Origin: Sedimentisphaera cyanobacteriorum
GTDB lineage: Bacteria; Planctomycetota; Phycisphaerae; Sedimentisphaerales; Sedimentisphaeraceae
Length of the DNA stretch: 32,000 nucleotides
Reading direction: 5' to 3'
Assembly: GCF_001997385.1 (NCBI RefSeq)
Contig: NZ_CP019633.1
Coordinates: 1,620,001 to 1,652,000, forward strand
The first letter of the stretch is position 1, and each line of letters begins with the position of its first letter. The notes beneath the pieces were generated by a model. That model made no database searches. It saw nothing but the letters and a program-made list of their open reading frames with translations, and was not told the DNA's origin. Positions 7,792 through 15,919 of the stretch are shown one piece after another. The translations under genes were made by a program, and so were the position numbers.

Positions 7792-8421
7792 ATGCAGCTG
7801 ACACCAGTAAAAATGAATATTCTCGAAATATTCGCAAATTTCCAGCGGGAAAAACATTATTCCCCGACGATGAAGGAACTCGCCGAACTGCTGGGAAAAA
7901 GCAGAACCACAGTGTTCGAACACTGCACCGCCCTTCGAAAAAAGGGGTATCTCTCGGCATCCCGGGGCAAGGTTCGCTCTTTGAAACTCACCGCTAAGGC
8001 AGAAGAACTTTTAGGTGATGATGCCGTAGAGGCAGTCCAGAGCGATAATGAAGGCATCCCAATGCTGGGCAGTGTGGCAGCGGGGTTTCCCGTAGAACCG
8101 CTGGAGTCAGACGAGAAACTGTCTATCCCAGCACAGTTCAGCACTAAAGGAACCCTTTTTGCACTTAAAGTTTCGGGGGAGAGTATGATTGGAGACAATA
8201 TTTTCCCGGGTGATTATGTAATCTGCCGGCATACAAACGAGGCAAAAAACGGCGATATTGTGGTTGCGTTAGTGGATGAGAACGAGGCAACCCTGAAAAG
8301 ATTCTACAAAGACAAAAACTGCATCCGACTTGAGCCGTCTAACGATGAATATGAAACGCTGCGGGTTACCAACTGCCTGATCAAAGGCGTTGTTACAGGG
8401 CTCTTGAGGAATATACACTAA
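7792..8421 (+). CDS. lexA: LexA repressor (S24 peptidase, SOS regulator)
   Basis: The N-terminal winged HTH (MQLTPVKMNILEIF...SPTMKELAELLGKSRTTVFEH) is followed by the Ala-Gly cleavage site (SVAAGFP). The catalytic Ser is in VSGESM and the Lys in ATLKRF. I chose ATG 7792 because GGGGAG lies just upstream. The ORF track's 7762 start is TTG, and another ATG lies at 7780. Confidence 0.9.
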   Translation: MQLTPVKMNILEIFANFQREKHYSPTMKELAELLGKSRTTVFEHCTALRKKGYLSASRGKVRSLKLTAKAEELLGDDAVEAVQSDNEGIPMLGSVAAGFPVEPLESDEKLSIPAQFSTKGTLFALKVSGESMIGDNIFPGDYVICRHTNEAKNGDIVVALVDENEATLKRFYKDKNCIRLEPSNDEYETLRVTNCLIKGVVTGLLRNIH

Positions 8422-8429
8422 GAGAGCTA

Positions 8430-9506
8430 ATGAACAGCAGCAAACCCGAAAGACGCAAAACCAGAGAAGTTCGAATAGGCTCGACTGCAATTGGCGCGGA
8501 AAATCCTGTGGCGGTGCAGTCTATGACGAAAACCCTCACCACAGACATCGAGGCGACCATTGCGCAGATCAGCCGGCTCGAAAACTGCGGCTGTAATATA
8601 GTGCGCGTTGCCGTACCAACGAAGAAAGATACCGAGGCCTTCGCCAAGATAGCCGCTCAGGTGAACGTGCCTCTTGTGGCGGATATACACTTCTCCGCTC
8701 AAAGGGCAATTGAGGCAATCGAGGCGGGAGCTTCTAAAATACGAATCAATCCCGGGAATATGAGGTCTTGGCAGGAGCTTGATGAGGTTATAGCCTGCGC
8801 TAAGGTAAATAAGATTTCAATGCGACTCGGCATAAACGAAGCAAGCATAAGGAATCTCAAGGAAGACACGCCTTCCCGTGAAAGGACAGGGCTTATGTTT
8901 GAAGAGATGAGCGAATATGTGCGGGAATTTGAGAAGCGAGGGTTTTGTGAGATAGTATTAAGCGCTAAGAGCGTGGATGTGAACAGGACAATCGAGATAA
9001 ACAGAAAATTCTCAGAGGGCTTTGATTACCCAATCCACATAGGCCTAACCCATTCCGGCCTGCCTGAAGACGGGATTGTGCCTTCCGCTGCGGCCGTGGG
9101 CAGTCTTCTTAGCGAAGGGATAGGCGATACAGTGCGAATCAGTCTCGCCGGCAAACCGGAGAATGAAATAATCACTGCGCAGGATATCCTCGCCTCTTTC
9201 GGGCTTTATGAGAAGAAAACGCCGAGAATCGTAGTATGCCCTACCTGCGGAAGATGTATGATAGATGTGCTCTCGCTTGCAAGAGAAATCAAACAAGCCG
9301 TCCAGGAGATTCAAAAACCGCTGAAAATTGCCGTAATGGGCTGTATTGTAAACGGCCCGGGCGAAGCGGCAGATGCCGACCTTGCTGTATGCGCAGGCAG
9401 CGGGAAGGGATATATCTACCGCGGCGGGAAAAAGCTTGCGGTTGTTCCGGAGGCTGAGCTTCTTGCAGAATTTTCAAAACAGATAAATCTGCTTGTGGCT
9501 GAGTAA
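8430..9506 (+). CDS. ispG: 4-hydroxy-3-methylbut-2-en-1-yl diphosphate synthase (MEP pathway)
   Basis: 358 aa. RRKTREVRIGSTAIGAENPVAVQSMTKT is a typical IspG N-terminus. The C-terminal cluster ligands are CPTCGRC and GCIVNGPGE. It starts 8 nt after the lexA stop. Confidence 0.93.
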   Translation: MNSSKPERRKTREVRIGSTAIGAENPVAVQSMTKTLTTDIEATIAQISRLENCGCNIVRVAVPTKKDTEAFAKIAAQVNVPLVADIHFSAQRAIEAIEAGASKIRINPGNMRSWQELDEVIACAKVNKISMRLGINEASIRNLKEDTPSRERTGLMFEEMSEYVREFEKRGFCEIVLSAKSVDVNRTIEINRKFSEGFDYPIHIGLTHSGLPEDGIVPSAAAVGSLLSEGIGDTVRISLAGKPENEIITAQDILASFGLYEKKTPRIVVCPTCGRCMIDVLSLAREIKQAVQEIQKPLKIAVMGCIVNGPGEAADADLAVCAGSGKGYIYRGGKKLAVVPEAELLAEFSKQINLLVAE

Positions 9507-9508
9507 TA

Positions 9509-12097
9509 CTACCACGTTCGTGATATGCCTTCCAGAGATGTTTTGAAATCGCCGGTTTTTACGTTGTATATAATTTCTTCAACCACATTATTATTCAATA
9601 CGCAAGGATTTTCTTCTGAACCGGTAATCTCTAAAAGCCCGCTCTCTGAGCTGTAAGAAAGGTCTTCTCCTATTAGGGTGAATCTGTCCGGCTCAAAGTA
9701 GCTTACGCCGCCGGAGGCTGAAACATCTGAAATTTTCAGCTTGCCCTCTTCAGACTGCTGGGAGTATTCAAGCCTGAGTCTGCCGGCATCAAGGAGCTTT
9801 TCTCTGCCCGCCTGCCCTTGCGAATCAACGGGTATATAACCTATCCTCAGCGGCTCGTCAGCGCGGCGTGCAGTAATAAACTGCCGGTTTCGGTTGATAG
9901 TAAGCCTGCTGAAATTATCCACCAGAGCAAAGCACCGCGCGGTAAGATCGAATGCTGAATCATCTTTATTTGATTCGTCCGGCTGAACGTTTTTATTGTT
10001 CACCTCAATCCTGCCCGGCCCGCTTACATCAATCTGCTTGTCAACAGCGCTGTAGTTAATATCTTTTCCTGTGAGTTTCATAGCGCTGATAAGCTTATCG
10101 CCTGTGAATTTGCGGTTTGAAGCAGTAACCTCCTCACCAGTAAGATAGATAGACTCAATAGAAGACGGAGAAATCCCGCCTTCCGGATTTTGCTCCTCGC
10201 GCGAGAGCTTAACAATCATCTCTTCGCAGGTAAACTTTGTAACTTCACTGATCGAATTATTTTCCGTGCTGCTCTTGCCTGCTACATTTCCGGAAAATTC
10301 AATTTTCTCAGATTCCGCGTTGTAAACCACATCATTATCACATTCTATATCAAGGGGAAGCGTTCTTCCTTGAGCAGGCAGGTTCAGCCTGAGATTTATA
10401 TCTCCGCTTGCCCTTGCCGCCTGCGAGGTGAAATCGTATTCCATCTGTTCGGAGCTGAAAACAGCAGAATTCTGCCCGCCCCCGCTGACTGAAGCGGAAA
10501 GGGTAGGATTCTGGGTGGCTAGAGCTTCGGCAGGCATCATGCGGCCGCTTTGCTCATCAAAACTGACATCAACACTGCCCGCTTTCAGAATGCCGGTGTT
10601 ATTAACAAGAGAAACGTTTTCACGCAGCTTCAATTCGCTTATGCCCTCTCCGTCGGGGGAGGCTTTCAAAAACGCCCTGTCCGCTGAAAGGCTTTGCGGT
10701 GAATCTGAAAGCAGCTCGGCAGTGAGCCCGCCTTCAATCTCGGCAGATTTCAGCTTATATTTTTCTGTAAGGGCAATATCAAGACTGCTTTTAAATTTCA
10801 AAACAGACCGGCTTCCCTGCTCGCCTGAGACAAGCCTTCCCGGACCTTCCACAAAAGCAGTAAAATCTTTTCGGCTAAGCCTCATACTGCTTGAAGACAG
10901 CAGCTGATAGCCCCCGGATTTTGAGCTCAGCTTTATCTCACTCTCACCAGCTTTCGAGGTAAGCTCAGCTGTCTGCTTTGCTGTATCGTAAAATATGCGG
11001 GGGGAATCTGCGTTCGCTTCTGGTGAGCTCAGCTTTGCAGGAGAACCGGCAATTTCCACGCTTATACTGCCTGCGGGGTTAGTTTTCTCAGAGGGGGCGA
11101 ATTCAAGGCCGTTTTTGCAGGAGGCAGCAAGCGAAGGTTTCCCTTTGGGCTGGTCTGTCTTTTCTGGCTGGGCATAGGCATCAACATCCCCGCTGCTTTT
11201 ATCTCCGTTTTCTTTTTCGCTTTCGCCTGCCTTCCAGAGTATATTGTTTATAACAAGTCTTTCGCAGCTGACGTTTTGCTGTTTATATTTCAGGTTCACA
11301 TCACCATTGAGGCTGAGGCTGTAATAATCACCCTTTTCAGCATCGCCGGTCTTTTCAGGCGAGGCCTGCCCTCCCGAAGCGATACCGCCCTCTTCGCCTT
11401 CGATATCTTCGAACACTTTTATACTGTTTACATAATCAATTTTCAGATAGCTTATCATATTCTCTTTTGATTCGTACCGGAGATTGAGCCCTTTGCCCTT
11501 GAGCTCGAGAAAATCGCTGAGGAGCTCAAGCGTACCATCGCTAGTGAGCTCGTTTCTTTCGATATGGTAAGAAAGCGAGGAAAGATCGATATCTACATCA
11601 CTTCGACCTTCCAAGATAAATTTGACATGCACATCTTCTTCAAACTCCGCAATAACCGGCTTGGGCTTGCCGGTCTGCATCTCTACGGTGATAGTTCCAG
11701 ATACAGAATTGAGCTTGCAGGTATAGCCGTCTCCGTAAACTGTGAGGCGGGGCTCACGGATAGTCCATCTCATACCGTCCTTATGCAGAAGCTTTTCGAA
11801 GCCGAATCTGCTGGCCACATTTCCATCTTTATCAAGAAGTTTGAATTCGGATTGTTCGGTTTGGCCGATCTCAGTATCTCCGATACTGCCAGCCTTTTTA
11901 TCTTCAGCAGGCTTTGCATCTCCATCACCATTACCAGCATCCTGCCCTTGCGAATCCTGCTCCACCTCGACAATAGTATAATCATCATCAACCTCGATAA
12001 CCACAGGCTCTTTGTAAAACCTTACGGCATAATACACGCCTGCGCAAACGAGGAGGGTGAAAGCGAATAATAAAAACTTCTTAAAGAATTCCATCAT
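9509..12097 (-). CDS. large membrane-anchored periplasmic protein with LptC-like N-terminal and LptA/OstA-like C-terminal segments (function hypothetical)
   Basis: 862 aa. An N-terminal hydrophobic anchor (FLLFAFTLLVCAGVYYAV) is followed by acidic low-complexity linkers. Beta-rich segments have patterns resembling LptC (LSSLSYHIERNELTSDGTLELLSDFLELKGKGLNLRY) and LptA (LIGEDLSYSSESGLLEITGSEENPCVL...IIYNVKTGDFK). It starts 4 nt downstream of kdsC, the position occupied by lptC-lptA in proteobacteria. Confidence 0.55.
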   Translation of the reverse strand: MMEFFKKFLLFAFTLLVCAGVYYAVRFYKEPVVIEVDDDYTIVEVEQDSQGQDAGNGDGDAKPAEDKKAGSIGDTEIGQTEQSEFKLLDKDGNVASRFGFEKLLHKDGMRWTIREPRLTVYGDGYTCKLNSVSGTITVEMQTGKPKPVIAEFEEDVHVKFILEGRSDVDIDLSSLSYHIERNELTSDGTLELLSDFLELKGKGLNLRYESKENMISYLKIDYVNSIKVFEDIEGEEGGIASGGQASPEKTGDAEKGDYYSLSLNGDVNLKYKQQNVSCERLVINNILWKAGESEKENGDKSSGDVDAYAQPEKTDQPKGKPSLAASCKNGLEFAPSEKTNPAGSISVEIAGSPAKLSSPEANADSPRIFYDTAKQTAELTSKAGESEIKLSSKSGGYQLLSSSSMRLSRKDFTAFVEGPGRLVSGEQGSRSVLKFKSSLDIALTEKYKLKSAEIEGGLTAELLSDSPQSLSADRAFLKASPDGEGISELKLRENVSLVNNTGILKAGSVDVSFDEQSGRMMPAEALATQNPTLSASVSGGGQNSAVFSSEQMEYDFTSQAARASGDINLRLNLPAQGRTLPLDIECDNDVVYNAESEKIEFSGNVAGKSSTENNSISEVTKFTCEEMIVKLSREEQNPEGGISPSSIESIYLTGEEVTASNRKFTGDKLISAMKLTGKDINYSAVDKQIDVSGPGRIEVNNKNVQPDESNKDDSAFDLTARCFALVDNFSRLTINRNRQFITARRADEPLRIGYIPVDSQGQAGREKLLDAGRLRLEYSQQSEEGKLKISDVSASGGVSYFEPDRFTLIGEDLSYSSESGLLEITGSEENPCVLNNNVVEEIIYNVKTGDFKTSLEGISRTW

Positions 12098-12101
12098 CTG
12101 A

Positions 12102-12635
12102 TCAGCCCAAATATCTGTTCATCAGTTCCTGCCATTTATCCTGATGCTCAAGAATCAGCTTCACTATTTCCCTTACCGCGCCGCCGCCGCCAGGGCGTTT
12201 AGAAACGTAATCCGAGCATAATTTCAGCTCGTCAACCGCATTGTCCACAGCAGCACTGAAGCCTGCCTGCCTTGCCACCGGCATATCAACCACATCATCG
12301 CCGATCCAAGCGGTTTGCTCAGGCTGAATTTGGAGCGTTTCGAGCATCTGTTGAAATACAGGCAGCTTTAGCTTGCAGCCCTGATAAACGTGCTGGATAT
12401 CGAGCTGGGCAGCCCTGAGGTTTGTAACATTAACCGCCCTTCCGCTCAATATTGCAGACTGATGCCCCGCTCTGTGCCAGAGCTTTATCCCATGGCCGTC
12501 GTGTACATTGAAAGCCTTGGACTCAACTCCGTAATCATTGAGTATGATGCTTCCGTCTGTAAGAACTCCGTCAACATCGAGCACGAGAAGGCGAATGTTT
12601 TTGAGTTTTTCTTTGTCGTATTCCTGCTTGAACAT
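12102..12635 (-). CDS. kdsC: 3-deoxy-D-manno-octulosonate 8-phosphate phosphatase (HAD family, KdsC)
   Basis: 177 aa. The HAD motif I is LLVLDVDGVLTDG. FNVHDGHGIKL and the C-terminal GDDVVDMP motif are present. It lies directly downstream of kdsD. Confidence 0.85.
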   Translation of the reverse strand: MFKQEYDKEKLKNIRLLVLDVDGVLTDGSIILNDYGVESKAFNVHDGHGIKLWHRAGHQSAILSGRAVNVTNLRAAQLDIQHVYQGCKLKLPVFQQMLETLQIQPEQTAWIGDDVVDMPVARQAGFSAAVDNAVDELKLCSDYVSKRPGGGGAVREIVKLILEHQDKWQELMNRYLG

Positions 12636-12637
12636 TT

Positions 12638-13621
12638 TTACCTCGAAAGCTTGATTGAAACAATATCCTGCACGTCAATCATTCCCACAGGTTTGAGGCC
12701 TTCATTAACAACGGGCAGTTCATCAATTCTGTATTTATGGAAGATTGCCATAGCCTCAGATGCGAGGGTGTTGGTTTTTACATACTTGCAGTTTGCTGTC
12801 ATCACTGATTCAACTTTGCGGGTGAATCCGTCCGATTTAGTATCCATAAACAGCCTGCGAAGGTCTGCATCTGTTATAATACCCTCAAGACTGCCTGTCT
12901 TACCTACGACCATAACCGCTCCTCTTCGTTTTGTGGAGCTGGTTTTATCGAGCATTTCAGCAATTGTAAGCTCCTTTTCCACAATCGGAAGCTTGTCGGT
13001 CTTCGTGAAGTCCATAGACTGCTCTACCGTAATAAGCTTCGCCCCGAGCGAACCGCCCGGGTGATACTTTACAAAATCCTCCTTTGTAAATTTTTTCGCC
13101 TTCATCACAGTAAGCGCAAGCGCATCGCCGAGAGCCAGCATACAGGTTGTAGAAACTGTGGGCGCCAGCCCCAGCGGACAGGCCTCTGTAAGCGAGCCGA
13201 AGGCCAGAGACACGTCGCAATTTTCTGCGAGGCTGCTGTCGGGTTTGCCGGTAAGAGCGATTGTCTTCACGCTCATCTGCTTGAGCACCTGCATAAGCCT
13301 GAGGATCTCAGCTGTTTTCCCGCCAAAGCTTATAAGCACGGCAAGGTCTTTCTCGCTAACCCTTCCGAGGTCGCCGTGGACGGCTTCGCTCGGATGCAGA
13401 AAGATGCTCGGTATGCCGACAGAGGCCATAGTAGCGGATATTTTTCTGCCGATAAGGCCGGCCTTCCCTATCCCGCTCACCACTACATTCGAGCGGCATT
13501 CGTAAATGCTTCTGCACGCTTGGATGAAGCTCTCCCCTGAAACCAGCTCAGAGAGAGAATCAACAGCCTGAGCTTCTTTTTTTATAACTTGCTGAGCATA
13601 CTTGGTGTCGAACTCTGTCAT
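12638..13621 (-). CDS. kdsD: arabinose-5-phosphate isomerase (SIS domain plus tandem CBS domains; KdsD/KpsF)
   Basis: 327 aa. The SIS region has VVVSGIGKAGLIGRKISATMASVGIPS and HPSEAVHGDLG. HPGGSLG follows, then two CBS-like repeats at the C-terminus. An ATGA overlap links it to the rng stop. Confidence 0.9.
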   Translation of the reverse strand: MTEFDTKYAQQVIKKEAQAVDSLSELVSGESFIQACRSIYECRSNVVVSGIGKAGLIGRKISATMASVGIPSIFLHPSEAVHGDLGRVSEKDLAVLISFGGKTAEILRLMQVLKQMSVKTIALTGKPDSSLAENCDVSLAFGSLTEACPLGLAPTVSTTCMLALGDALALTVMKAKKFTKEDFVKYHPGGSLGAKLITVEQSMDFTKTDKLPIVEKELTIAEMLDKTSSTKRRGAVMVVGKTGSLEGIITDADLRRLFMDTKSDGFTRKVESVMTANCKYVKTNTLASEAMAIFHKYRIDELPVVNEGLKPVGMIDVQDIVSIKLSR

Positions 13622-15135
13622 AGAACCATTCTTCCTCTTTCATCCAGGCAGGATACTGTGAATTCCTCGCCCTTCATTTCAGGCCTCTGCCTAATCTCAA
13701 TACCCTTCTCGCTTTCGCATTCGGCCTCGCATATCACCGCCCTTTTGCTGTTGAGCAGATGTTCAGCAATCTCAGCTGAAGTTTCCACAAGCACTTTAAC
13801 AGTTCTCTTGTTGGCAAGGGCAATCTGCACCTCTCGAAGAATCTCCACAGCTACAGACTCTGCGCATTTTATGAGCCCCGAGCCCCCGCACAGCGGACAT
13901 TCCCTGAAAAGACTTCTCTCCAGAGAAGGCCTCATTCGCTGCCTTGTCATCTCAACAAGGCAAAACTGGCTCATTCTGAGTATTCGATACTTTGCCCTGT
14001 CCGGCTTAACAGCATCTCTGAATTCTTTTTCCACTCTCCTGCGGTTTGGGGCTTTTTCCATATCTATGAAATCACATACGATTATCCCGCCCATATCTCT
14101 GAGCCTCAGCTGCCGGGCAATTTCTTTTGCCGCTTCGATATTTGTCTGAAGAGCGGTTTGCTCAATATCCTTGAACTTCTTCGCCCTTGCGCTGTTTACA
14201 TCTATTGCCACAAGAGCTTCGGTCTGTTCGATAACGATTGTTCCTCCGCCTCGAAGCTCTACCTTGCGCTGCTTAACCTTGTTCACCGCCTCCTCAATCC
14301 AGTACTTATGGAACAGCGGCTCTGAGGAATTATAAAAGCTAATTCTCTTCTTGTATCTGGGCTGGGTGATTTCGAAAAAATCTTTAATCTTGTTTGTAAC
14401 CGTCTCGGAATCACACACTACCCGCTTGACCGTGGTATTGAAAACATCTCTAACCGCTCTTATTGCAAGGTCTGATTCTCTGTACAGCTCTGCGGGAGGC
14501 TGTCTCTTGTTCATTCGCTTTTTGATAGATTCCCAAAGCCTCGTCAGGTATTTGAGATCCATCTGTATATCTCTTTTGTTGGCAAGCTCTCCTGCGGTTC
14601 TTATTATAAAACCCGCATCCTCAGGCCCCTCAAGCTCGGATATAATCCCCTTAAGCCTCTTCCTGCTCTCCTCATTCTCAATCCTCTGGGAAACCCCCAC
14701 CTTATTCATCCAGGGCATCAAAACCAAATATTTACCGGGCAAGGAGAGATACGTTGTTACTGCGGGGCCTTTAGTTCCCACGCCTTCCTTAATAACCTGC
14801 ACAACGATCTTCTGACCGGGTTTGATGCACTTTCTGATAGGAGGCCTTTTCTTCAGGCCTGTACGCTTGCCTATCTTCTCTTTAGCTCCTTCATTCACAT
14901 AGTACCTTGGATGTATATCGCTTATATGAAGGAAACCGTGGCGCTTCTCGCCGTAATCTACGAATGCCGCCTGAATACTCGACTCTACATTTATAACCTT
15001 ACCCAGATAGATATTGTTTACGCAGGAATTATCGTCTTCCCGCTCCATGTAAAGTTCTTCAAGAGCGCCATCCTTCAAAACTGCAACTCGGCATTCCTCG
15101 CCCTGAGTTACATTTATCAGCATTTCTCTGGACAT
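13618..15135 (-). CDS. rng: ribonuclease E/G family endoribonuclease (RNase G-sized)
   Basis: 505 aa. The N-terminus is MLINVTQGEECRVAVLKDGALEELYMER. The S1 domain has NIYLGKVINVESSIQAAFVDYG...GFLHISD, and the catalytic core has IDVNS. A CPxCxGxG zinc-link-like motif (CPLCGGSG) is present. Confidence 0.9.
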   Translation of the reverse strand: MSREMLINVTQGEECRVAVLKDGALEELYMEREDDNSCVNNIYLGKVINVESSIQAAFVDYGEKRHGFLHISDIHPRYYVNEGAKEKIGKRTGLKKRPPIRKCIKPGQKIVVQVIKEGVGTKGPAVTTYLSLPGKYLVLMPWMNKVGVSQRIENEESRKRLKGIISELEGPEDAGFIIRTAGELANKRDIQMDLKYLTRLWESIKKRMNKRQPPAELYRESDLAIRAVRDVFNTTVKRVVCDSETVTNKIKDFFEITQPRYKKRISFYNSSEPLFHKYWIEEAVNKVKQRKVELRGGGTIVIEQTEALVAIDVNSARAKKFKDIEQTALQTNIEAAKEIARQLRLRDMGGIIVCDFIDMEKAPNRRRVEKEFRDAVKPDRAKYRILRMSQFCLVEMTRQRMRPSLERSLFRECPLCGGSGLIKCAESVAVEILREVQIALANKRTVKVLVETSAEIAEHLLNSKRAVICEAECESEKGIEIRQRPEMKGEEFTVSCLDERGRMVL

Positions 15136-15268
15136 TGCTAAAACCCTTTATAATTAGGGGCTAAGCAGCTGAATTTTACTTTCAAACCTGATAAGCTTTT
15201 TCCAATAAACCGCTGAATACTTTTGTATTCCGCTGATTCATTAGAGAAAGCCTAATAAACTGCAGCTG

Positions 15269-15919
15269 CTATGCCCACCCTATATTTGTTCTTAATATTC
15301 TGCTCAAGTCGGTTTCTTCAAAACCGGCCAGCCTTAAAATTTCTCCGGCTTTTAACGTACCGGAGCTGGAGAAATTGACCTTCAGTTTAAGTCCGTTGTC
15401 TTCAAGCTCAAGCTTTTCAATAAGCTGAGCCAATGGAAGAACCTTTATTTTCCCTGTTTTGTGTTTCTTACGTGTAAACTGAAAATCTCTTGATTCTATT
15501 TTTTCTGTAATATCAGATTTAATCGCCTCAGCCTCTTCGCGGGTGCACCTGATAAGATAAGTAACATCGCCAACTTGGCAACCCTTTTTCCCTGAGAAGA
15601 CCTGGGCTGCTGAGACAAAAATTCCTTGAGGAAGCTGTTTATTAAGTTCTGCCTTTAATTGCTCAGGGTCAATCTGAGTGTTCGGGCGGTCGAGCTGGGC
15701 TGCGCAGAGCTCACAGAGAGAGTCCACGCCGACATTTTTCGGAAGCGGCAGGGAAAACCTCGGGTGCGGATTGAAGCCTTGGGAAAATCTCAGCGGGAGC
15801 TTCGCCCTGATGCAAGCCCTTATTAAAACCCTCATCACCTCCTGATGAGAAAGAAAGGCTGTACCTTCTGAAATCTGGTACACCATAAAAAGCGTTGAAA
15901 AATCTTCTCCGCCCTGCAT
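15269..15919 (-). CDS. DUF2344-like protein (TIGR03936-type, radical-SAM-associated family)
   Basis: About 216 aa. It contains FLSHQEVMRVLIRACIRAKLPLRFSQGFNPHPRFSLPLP, the signature I recall for this family. ATG 15919 overlaps the ptsP TGA stop (TGATG). The ORF track's 15922 start is GTG. Confidence 0.7.
   Translation of the reverse strand: MQGGEDFSTLFMVYQISEGTAFLSHQEVMRVLIRACIRAKLPLRFSQGFNPHPRFSLPLPKNVGVDSLCELCAAQLDRPNTQIDPEQLKAELNKQLPQGIFVSAAQVFSGKKGCQVGDVTYLIRCTREEAEAIKSDITEKIESRDFQFTRKKHKTGKIKVLPLAQLIEKLELEDNGLKLKVNFSSSGTLKAGEILRLAGFEETDLSRILRTNIGWA

Noticed and set aside
9504-9511. Convergent ispG and LptC/A-like stop codons only 2 nt apart, considered as a possible shared bidirectional terminator
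   Set aside because: No hairpin or T-tract is present at or around the junction. It is noted under the synteny finding but not called as a feature.
12390-13064. 224-aa plus-strand ORF spanning the kdsC/kdsD junction
   Set aside because: It is antisense to two confidently identified genes and crosses their boundary, with no motifs. It is a shadow ORF.
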